Source of the DNA: Octopus bimaculoides
Lineage: Eukaryota
Direction of reading: 5' to 3'
Assembly (NCBI RefSeq): GCF_001194135.2
Contig: NC_068984.1
Span: forward strand, 81,115,032 to 81,157,663
Length of the DNA: 42,632 nt
Under the pieces are notes generated by a model that worked only from the letters and a program-made list of their open reading frames with translations, was not told where the DNA came from and did no database searches. The translations under genes and the position numbers were made by a program. Shown here one piece after another: positions 11,064 through 20,555 of this stretch (its first letter is position 1; each line of letters starts with the position of its first letter).

Positions 11064-11406
11064 NNNNNNNNNNNNNNNNNNNNNNNNNNNNNNNNNNNNN
11101 NNNNNNNNNNNNNNNNNNNNNNNNNNNNNNNNNNNNNNNNNNNNNNTGTGTGTGTGTGTGTGTGTATGTATGTGTGTGCATGTGTTTTTCCTCCCAAACA
11201 TCGCTTGACAACCGATGGTGGTGTGTTTACGTCCCCGTAACTTAGCGGTTCGGCAAGTACAGATAGAATAAGTACTAGGCTTCCAAAGAATAAGTCCTGG
11301 GGTCGATTTGCTGGACTAAAAGGTGGTGCTCCAGCATGGCTGCAGTCAAATGACTGGAACAAGTAAAAGAGTAAAAGAGTGGGTAAATGGGGTGCTTAAA
11401 TCAGTA
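10360..11406. mobile_element. Old MITE with about 120-bp imperfect terminal inverted repeats; right TIR split by a SINE A
   Basis: 10385-10447 is about 80% reverse-complementary to 10801-10864; the outer TIR part CTGAGCACCCC (10367-10377) pairs with GGGGTGCTTAA (11389-11399) beyond the SINE. Confidence 0.6.
10863..11380 (+). mobile_element. tRNA-derived SINE family A (full length, internal microsatellite)
   Basis: Head with A/B-box-like GGCTGTGTAGTAAG...GGTTCATTCC, body ...GACGGAAACTGAAAGAAGCCCGTCG, internal TA/TG run with N-gap, 3' half ending (GTAAAAGA)n. Confidence 0.9.
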
Positions 11407-11626
11407 TTCCACCTTTCTACTCAGACATAGTGTAGAAAGATCGAGGTAGGGACATGACTTGACTGAAAGAAGTAAGCAGATCTCCCCCATAACATGCATA
11501 CCCTAAGAGAAAGCACAGCAAAGAAAGGACTGACATTAGGCTAAACAACAAAATCAAAAAGACAACATAAGCATATCAAGTCGTTACCCAATCTACTACA
11601 AATAACAAACATATCTACCTCATATA

Positions 11627-12013
11627 ACTGTTGTTGGCACTCCGTCGCTTACGACGTCGAGGGTTCCAGTTGATCCGATCAACAGAACAGCCTGCTCGTG
11701 AAATTAACGTGCAAGTGGCTGAGCACTCCACAGACACGCGTACCCATAACATAATTCACGGGGATATTCAGCGTGACACAGTGCGACAAGGCTGACCCTT
11801 TGAATTACAGGAACAACAGAAACAGGAAGAAAGAGTGAGAGAAGGTTGTGGTGAAAGAGTACAGCAGGGTTCGCCACTATCTTCTGCCGGGGCCTCGTGG
11901 GGCTTTAGGTGTTTTCGCTCAATAAACACTCACAACGCCCGGTCTGGGAATCGAAACCGCGATCCCGTGACCGCGAGTCCGCTGCCCTAACCACTGGGCC
12001 ATTGCGCCTCCAC
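11627..12013 (-). mobile_element. tRNA-derived SINE family B with RTE-type 3' tail
   Basis: Head GGCGCAATGGCCCAGTGGTTAGGGCAGCGGACTCGCGG...GGTTTCGATTCC; tail ...GACGGAGTGCCAACAAC; closely matches 35137-35526. Confidence 0.9.
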
Positions 12014-13484
12014 ATTTGTGTCAATAGTATTCAGTAAAAAAAAACTGCTCTCATGAAACTTCAATAAATGGGAGAGTGAGTGGGTAGACAGATACTGGTA
12101 ATATAAGGGATCAACACCTTATAAACAGTCCCGTATGGCGTGGTTCAATTTCTATGGCTAACATAACTGATTAGCGAGAGAACAACATCACTTTCGGTTG
12201 TCAGAAGTGAATGAAAAATCAGAATATTTTAACACACGAATGTCTTAAAATAGACGAATATACGAGCGAACCTCCAAGCGGTTAATCATCTAGTAGAAAA
12301 AGTAACCAAATTTCGGTTTAATCCTTTTAGCACTTCGAAAAGGAAACGGTACATTAGATAAAGTAGTTCTAAATTGACACATCACCACCACCACTACCAC
12401 CACCACCACAAAAAATCTGATTGGTTAAACCGATGATCACAGGCTTTTGATCCGTTTGTTCCATTAGGTCTGACAACAACGAAGATTATTTCAAAAGTAT
12501 TAGGATTAATCTTAGATATCAGATTAGAGGCAGAAATTATTAAGAGACCTGATGTTACAACGGATTTGATATCTTAAATGTTAAAAAAAAAGAATGAATC
12601 ATATCTTTCCTTCCTTTCCGGTTTTAGGCAAAGCTTTTTGGGCTCATTTTGCTCTATAGACAACAATATATTCTTTTTATCGTTGAGGTTTGCTGATGTT
12701 GCTGTAGTTGTTTGCATGGCCTCAGGTTAGCACTCTTTGAACAAACAAACTCATGATCAAGTTTCTCCTGCCGTTACTATACCGTCTTAGTGTCAGAAAT
12801 AAGGTCATTGAAAAATGTCATCCGTTTTTCATTGACCTCTTTTTTTTTCTTTTAAATGAAGGTAGGGTGTACTTTGAGAAAGATTCGGGTGCTATATCCA
12901 GCAGGTCGACAGACCAAATAAGAACTCCTTCATCGACTCGTATCATTAAGTGTAAGTTTTGTGCCCTGGAGAGATCACATCAGCTTGGCCGCTATGTGTA
13001 GATAGACACAACACAGGAAGTAGCCGTCGATTAAATACGAGTCTTATTGCCCAAATGTCGTAGAACATGGCGCCAGGGTTTACAACCAATGGTGGGCGGT
13101 ATACAAATGTGCATGAGATTTATATAGGATATAGGCCAGTTAAATTCTTACAATATTTTTTTCTATTTCATTTCTCTACGTTTTGCTGAGTTCTTTTTTA
13201 TTGTCATTATTATTATTGTTATTGTTGTTATTTTACTGTTATTTCCATATAATTTCGAACGGAAAAAAAGTAACGCCTGTATAGGAAACGTATAAACAAT
13301 GACGAAAATTTTCGGATTTGGTGATGAGCTGAGAAAAAGAAAAACAGCTGTTATCGACCTCATTTTATTTCATGTAGCCTATTTTTGTAATATGGTGTAT
13401 TTTTTCTAGGTCTGTGGAAAGCAAGTTTAAAATGGCTCCCAATTACTATTTTTTTAGTGGGGAGATGAGATTACTTAAATATTA

Positions 13485-13544
<60 letters not shown>

Positions 13545-13548
<4 letters not shown>

Positions 13549-14060
13549 TGGGTATAGGACGTCACCAACAGTAAACAACATGAAATATGAAGACAGTTGC
13601 TCCCATAAATACCAAAATAAAATTTTGGATTTTAAGGAGGGTCAAAGTTAGGAACAAAGACAGGATAGTGGAGACATACAGGGAAACCGAACGAAAACAA
13701 ACATGGTGGGTCGTTAGACCTGAACGTGGGGAAAATAGTGAACGCTGAGAGAAATATTTTCTTTGAAAAGGGAAAAGATAGAAGAGAGAGATAGGAGACG
13801 TTCAGTCCTTAGAACGTCCATGCAGGAAAGAAAGATGGTCATGTGAGGAAAAGAAAGATGGACGATGGTTACGTGTGAGCAACGAGAAAGAGAAAAGGAG
13901 AAAGGGGAGAGCGAGAGACAGATAGAAAACGTTGAAATGGAGAAAAAGGGAATTAGAGAGGATGGAGGAGTAAAACAGTATAGAGTAGAGTCGCATCAAA
14001 AAGGTTAAGATAAACTTACTTGGAAATGGATGCGTGACATTCAATTAAAAAATAATATAA

Positions 14061-14102
<42 letters not shown>

Positions 14103-14370
14103 CACACACACACATATATATACATATATATATATACATTTATGGGTACAGGACGTCACCAACAGTAAACAATATGAAATACGAAAGCAAATGAGCTAAA
14201 TATACAAATAACGAGAGAAAAATGGAAAAAAAGACAAGTAATACAAAGAACAACCCTTCATCAGTTGTCGTCTGTCTATCTACTCCCTATTTCGAGCAAT
14301 CAACGATAATGAGTCTTCACAGACAGTTGGTCCCATAAATACCAAAATAAAATTTTGGATTGTATGAAGG
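13545..14370 (-). mobile_element. Family P, head-to-tail partial tandem (unit about 730 bp)
   Basis: AGACAGTTG(G/C)TCCCATAAATACCAAAATAAAATTTTGGATT at 13591 and 14321; GACGTCACCAACAGTAAACAA at about 13558 and 14152; the second unit lacks about 136 bp. Confidence 0.7.
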
Positions 14371-14399
14371 GTATATTAGCTACACACACACACATTTAC

Positions 14400-14432
<33 letters not shown>

Positions 14433-14661
14433 CATACATTCACACACTCACATACACATCAACATATACGCACAGGTTTGGTGATACAAACGGGAAAGCT
14501 AAAACTCAAAATAGGACTCAGATCAGGAGTATTTATATAATCTTATTTGATAGATGCCGTGAATGAAACATTGACTTTTACCGATTAATATATCAGGTCG
14601 AGTAAAAAGTAAGCAACGTTTTGAACCATCAAGAATGTGTACCGGATTTTTGCAGAGTTTT

Positions 14662-15256
14662 GAAGTTGTATGCTGTCAGCTTAGCGTGACAATCCCATGA
14701 AGGGAATCATACTACTGCTATTTAGCCCTAGGAAGCTGCACCACTTCCTGTCGGCCTTGACACATTTCCCGTGTCCTTATGTTTACGAGAGGGAGAGAAT
14801 GATTCCCTTCATGGGACTGTCACGTTAAGTTGACAGCATACGACTACTTTATCGCATCACTACTGCTTAAGTCACTCTGAGAGATTTAGAAATGGATCAT
14901 TTATAATTTTGAAATCAGTGAATGTGTTTCACTAGATTTAATATATATTTACGAGAGCTTGACAGGCGTCTTCAGCCAGCAAATCATGCTACTCCAGGCT
15001 GATGACGAGCAAAAACTCAAAAACATGTCCCTGGATGCAGGCTTGGCTGGATGGAAGTGCTTGTCTCTTCCTCGTAAACATAAGGACACGGGAAATGTGT
15101 CACGGTCGACAGGAAGCGGTTCAGCTTCCTAGGGCTAAATAGCAGTAGTATGATTCCCTTTATTGGACTGTCACGTTAAGTTGACAGTATACAACTACTT
15201 TATCGTATTACTACTGCTTAAGTCTCTCTGAGAGATTTAGAAATGGATCATTTATA
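14662..15256 (+). mobile_element. Hammerhead-bearing Penelope-like/retrozyme-like element: inverted partial copy plus 1.3 tandem copies of a 351-bp unit
   Basis: Direct repeat 14799-14905 / 15150-15256 (period 351); 14662-14798 is the reverse complement of about 15063-15198; hammerhead in the unique middle. Confidence 0.8.
14993..15035 (+). ncRNA. Type I hammerhead ribozyme motif (G12-mutated copy)
   Basis: TCCAGG-CTGATGA-C-GAG-CAAAAA-CTC-AAAAAC-AT-GTC-CCTGGA: 6-bp stem I, intact CUGAUGA, 3-bp stem II, palindromic ACAUGU stem III, GUC site at 15029; GAAAC is replaced by AAAAAC. Confidence 0.75.
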
Positions 15257-15310
15257 TATATTTTTTTTTTTTTGCAATTGTCTGATTATTTTTACTCAGC
15301 CTGAAATATG

Positions 15311-15508
15311 TAAGGCGGCGAGCTAGCAGAATCGTTAGCGTCATTTCAGTCGTCTTTATGTTCTGAGGTCAAATTCCGCTGAGGTTGACTTTACGTTTCA
15401 TCCTTTCGGGGGTCCAATAAAATAAGTAGCAGTTGAACACTAGAATCGATGTATCATCTTTCCCCACTCGCGAAATTGCTGGTCTTGTGCCGAAATTTGA
15501 AATCAATA
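15311..15508 (+). mobile_element. SINE family C
   Basis: GGCGAGCTAGCAGAATCGTTAGC...TTTCATCCTTTCGGGG...AAATAAGTAGCAG. Confidence 0.8.
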
Positions 15509-15509
15509 A

Positions 15510-15690
15510 ACGTGTGTGTGTGTGTTTATCCCGATCCTCGCTAGACAATTAGTGTTGTTTTTTTTGGGGTTTTTTTTACGTTTCCGTAACTAAGCGGTTC
15601 AGAACAAGAGGACAATAGAATATGTACCAGACTGGGATCAATTTGTTCGGCTAAAACACTTCAAAGCATGGCTACAGTAAAATAACTGAA
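15510..15690 (+). mobile_element. SINE family A, degenerate 3' half
   Basis: CGTAACTAAGCGGTTC...AGCATGGCTACAGT. Confidence 0.6.
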
Positions 15691-17585
15691 ACATGTGTGA
15701 ATAATCTTTTGGTTACGGTTTTCGGAAAAATCATGACGATTTGATAAAATTGAGTAATGCGTTTAGGAGTGACAGCATTTTACTTTTTTCTACATTAGGG
15801 AAGTCGATCGTTTCAAGAAGTTAAATAAGCTTAAAATTGCCTTAGGGTTACATTTTTATATAACTATTTTATAACAGCTATTTTATAACAGCTATTTTAT
15901 AAGTGCCAAGAAGCGCAACTGCTTCCTGGCACTTACACGTTATTCTCTTCTGTTTATAGGTATGCACTCAAACACTTCACACATACACACGCAATTGTAG
16001 GTTATTGGTGGTATCTGGATGAAATGCATACATACACGCACGCACACACACACAGACAACACTTGCACAAACGCACACACACGCGCACATACACACTCAC
16101 ACACACGCGCACATACACACTCACACACATACACACACAATGCAAGTAATATTATGCTGAACACGTTCGTGTATATTCGGACGTGGGAAGATCGTTTGTT
16201 GCGGAAATAGTCTCGGGAGAAAACTCTACTCATGGACAACATGCAGGAAAATACATCGGGCCATGAATGAGATCAGCCACGAATTTCAAATAGTCATTCA
16301 CTGCCTAATATGAAGGAATAGCTATTCGATTTTCGTGGCTGATGATCTTAAACAATGCAGAAAGGCAAGTGCACTATGATCCAATGATGTAATTTATAAT
16401 CCAATGTGTTATCACACTTGTTATTTATGACAAAAGTCTTTCACTTGGACTATTTTCGCAGTAGAAGGTCTCTCCAAGTCCGAGTGTACACGGGCGTATT
16501 AAATACCATTTTATATGCATAAATTTATACAATGCTACTTTCTCCGACTCTAGTTATATATAAGTGTGTGTATATACACACACACTCACACACACGCACA
16601 ATCACACACATACATTCATATACATATGTATGTATTTGTGTGTACTTGTAAGCATGTGATAGGTTTTGTGTTATACACGGGAGAAGTTTTCAATAAATAG
16701 TGTAGAGTATTTATTGTATGACGCTAATAATCCCCTCTGTGGTATTCAGAAATCCCCTTTCTTCGTTCAGGCGACGATTTTGATTTCATTCAGTGTTGGA
16801 GTCAACAATAATGATCTTTTTATTTAGCCGCAAGTATTTGATCCCTGACCATCCTACCTTTGCCAGATACAGTGTATATAAGATTATATTAGTTAATGTG
16901 TACTTCCTATTTTAAGACGATATACAGAGGATTTTTCTTCCAATTTCTTGTAAGTCGACTGACTACATAAAGCCCTTTTCGTTGATTGGCTTGTTAACGT
17001 ACCACTGAGATGTAGAGTTAAGCGAATTGATAACACCCATTTCCAATTTATAAATACAAACACAAAAATAATCTGCACCCTTCACTTAGTGAGCTGGACG
17101 CTTTTAGGGAGCGAGCAATATATACAATATACACAAAATAGCTGTGGTAAAAAAATTCCTGCAGAAATTAGCTTCAATCAACACTTTTCGTTCTCCCTAA
17201 CACCCAAAACATACCTTCTCCCCATCAATTTTGGAAGCATTTCGTAGTAGCTGGAGTGTTGATAGACTAACTACAATGAATAAATGAATGAAGTTTACAG
17301 ACAACTTATCAAGATTGAAAGTCTCTTTTTCTTGATCTTGTCTCTAGACTTAATCAAGTCAGTCTGGTGAAAAATTAGATCTTTCTCTCTAAGTAACTTC
17401 TATTGGTAAATTTAAAACTCAGCACGAAAGATGGGCAGCTGGGATGGCTGTGTACTTATTAAGTTCGTTACACAACCATATAGTTCTGGGTTCGGTACTA
17501 CTAAGAGACAACTTTGGGAAACGACTGTGAGATTTGTAGAGCCCTTTCCTTCAGAAAGAGAAATGGATTGATAGAGAGAAATAGG

Positions 17586-17642
<57 letters not shown>

Positions 17643-17835
17643 NNNNNNNNNNNNNNNNNNNNNNNNNNNNNNNNNNNNNNNNNNNNNNNNNNNNNNNNNN
17701 NNNNNNNNNNNNNNNNNNNNNNNNNNNNNNNNNNNNNNNNNNNNNNNNNNNNNNNNNNNNNNNNNNNNNNNNNNNNNNNNNNNNNNNNNNNNNNNNNNNN
17801 NNNNNNNNNNNNNNNNNNNNNNNNNNNNNNNNNNN

Positions 17836-17870
<35 letters not shown>

Positions 17871-17913
17871 GAAGGTTTGAAATATATATATATATATATA
17901 AAGAAAAAGAAAA

Positions 17914-18232
17914 TGGCACTCTGTCGATTACGACTGTAAAGTTTGCACTCGATCTGATCAACAGAACAGCCTGTTCGTGAAGTTAATGTGCAAATGGTTG
18001 AGCACTTCACAGGCACGTATACCTTTCACGTAGTTCTCTGGGAGATTCAGTGTGACACAGAATGTGACAAAGCTGACTCTTTGAAATACAGATACAACTC
18101 ATTTTTGCCATCTGAGTGGACTGGAGCAACTTGAAATAAAGTGTCTTGCTTCAAGGACACAACACACCGCCGGAAATCGGACTAACGACTTTACGATCAT
18201 GAACCGAAGATCCTAATCACAAAGCCACATTA
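17914..18232 (-). mobile_element. tRNA-derived SINE family D: CORE-like centre plus the same RTE-type tail as family B
   Basis: Minus strand GTGTCCTTGAAGCAAGACACTTTATTTCAAGTTGCTCCAGTCCACTCAGATGGCAAAAATGAG (resembles the MIR-type CORE), then a tail homologous to 11630-11790. Confidence 0.75.
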
Positions 18233-18309
18233 CCAATGTGCGTCTGTCTGATTATCTATCTATCTACATATCTATCTATCTATCTACTCTCTCTTTCTCT
18301 CTCTCTCTC

Positions 18310-18349
<40 letters not shown>

Positions 18350-18437
18350 TATATATATATTTATTTATGTTTATATATATGTGTTTATGTATATATGTAT
18401 GTGATGAATGAACAAAAACGTGAAAAAGCATAAGCAG

Positions 18438-18545
18438 GAGAACTTTTGACAACGGTGTCATCAGTATTACGTTTGAAAAGAAAAAGGAAATGGGAAAAGA
18501 GTATTTGGTGTTTCGGATATGGTATCCTTCATCAGAAAAAAAAAG
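18438..18545 (-). other. Decayed tandem pair of hammerhead-like cores
   Basis: CTGATGA-A-GGATA-CCA-TATCC-GAAAC (18535-18510) and, 71 nt on, CTGATGA-CAC-CGTT-GTC-AAAAG-TT-CTC (18464-18438). Confidence 0.5.
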
Positions 18546-20118
18546 AAGAGGAAAGAGAAGAGTGGTGGAAAGGAGGGAAGAAAACTGTTTGGGGCTGGGT
18601 CAGAATGCAGTTCTATGAGGACGAGTTAAGAAGAGAGGAAGAAGCGGGCAATATAAGTGTACATATAAGTGAAAGGAGTACATATATGTGTGAAAGGAGA
18701 CGGGTATAAGGGGGTGGCTGGGTGGGGTGAGTAAAATGAGATGTGAATTTGATAAAGGTGAGTGGGAAGTGTGGAAAGAGAAACAAAATAGAGGAAACAG
18801 TGGAGAAAGCAGTGTGATAAGTGAGACAAAAAATTAAAGTAAGTACAGATAGAGGAAAATTTACAAAGTGGATAAAGTTGGGAAAATAGGTGGAAAATAG
18901 ATAAAAAAAAAAACATTTGCGCGTGGATGGGTAGGCAAAATGAGTGGATAAAACGGAGAAAAACAGAATGGTTAAAAAATATATAAAGCACGTAAATATT
19001 GGAAGAAAATGGAGAGCTACAAAAGAGAGAGATGATTATGAAAAGGATATAAAGAAAAGAAATTGAAGAAAAATAGTATTTTAACGTAAAACAGGTACAA
19101 GTACAGAGAGAAAAACTGCTTTTTAGAGTCACTGAAATGGAAAAGGAAAGGCGGAGAGGATTGGAACTGAAGGGTTGCTAATACAGGGCTACTGGTAACC
19201 TGTAACCCAGTACAACCTGCAGCATGGTCGGCTTGCTTTATGAGGATATTTAGACACTCTGGTGAATGAAAAACAAGACCCGTCAAAGGGCAGAGGAACT
19301 CAGGAGAGTCAACGGCCTGTCTACGTAGTCAAGGGTAGTGGTACTCACCAGTTGTAATAAAAACAATCTATCGAGAAGGTAATCTCTGAAAGATAAACCG
19401 ACCAGCAAGGACTTGTAACCAGCGGATACTATTTTATTTAGAAAAAAATTATGACATGAAGATGTTTATAATTTCGTCTACGGACGACTGACAGAAAAAC
19501 AAAATGTATGAACTTGATGTGGAAATTGCTGCCAGAAATTGTTAAAAGAGACGGGAGAAGTTGTAAGATGGAGAAAGGATTGTAAAGAGGATATAAAAGG
19601 GAATAAGGATGTGAATAAGACATGTGGAGTGAAAAGTTAATTTATGCAGATGGAGAGAATGGAACAGAAGGGTTAAAAAGTATTTACATAACACGTGGAA
19701 GAGAAATTTGAAAAGATATTTAAAAGGATATAAAAAGGAGGGTGAAGTAATTAAAAAAGTTAGTTTACACGGGTTGAAATTGAATAGAGATGCCAAAGTT
19801 TCCAGAAAGTAAAGGTGATCCAATTTTGCAAGAGATACAGTAAAATTATAAGTTTGATCGAGGCGGAAACAAATGTTGAATGTTGGAAGTTTTGTGTGTG
19901 TGGAGAGAAGGAGAGAGAGAGAGGGGGGGAGCAACGGAAGTTGTAGAGCAATGTCAGGGGAGATAATAGACAGTGTGTGTGTTAGTTGAATTTACATCCC
20001 AGCTGGTACGCTCGTGTACCAGCATGCGCATGTGTGTAAGTGCGAACGGTCAGAAGCAGGCACGCTGGGAGTGAGTGGATGTGGTTCATCCATCTATATA
20101 AATAATCCTTTCTCCTAT

Positions 20119-20313
20119 AGACACAAAGCCTGAATTTTTTTTAGGGGAGGGCACTAGTCGATTACATCGACCCCACTGTTTCATTGGTACTTAATTTATC
20201 AGGATGAAAAGGCAAAGTCGACCTCGGCGGAATTTGAACTCAGAACGTGGTGACAGGCGAAATACTGCTAAGCGTTTCGTCCGGCGCGCTAACGATTCTG
20301 CCAGCTTGCCACC
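20119..20313 (-). mobile_element. SINE family C
   Basis: Diagnostic block and complete head (GATTCTGCCAGCTTGCC). Confidence 0.88.
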
Positions 20314-20340
20314 ATCATCCCTCTCTATAAATAATGACCT

Positions 20341-20412
20341 GGATATGTTGGTATAATCGGTGAGCACACTTATAGCGAAAATAGATGTGGGTTCGATTCC
20401 CACACCTACTCA
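20341..20412 (+). other. tRNA-like sequence (pseudogene or SINE head)
   Basis: A-box-like TGGTATAATCGG and a perfect T-arm GTGGG-TTCGATT-CCCAC; no convincing anticodon or acceptor stems. Confidence 0.45.
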
Positions 20413-20524
20413 TGCCCATTTTTTCTTCCATCGGGGGACTACTATGCCCTAATATCAGACTATTTTCTATAATCAATATACGGCGAAACTTATGTATGTA
20501 TGTATGTATGTATGTATGTATGTA

Positions 20525-20555
<31 letters not shown>

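Noticed and set aside
13065-13130. CCAAT, GGGCGG and TATA-like words in promoter order
   Set aside because: Short motifs expected by chance; no downstream gene evidence.
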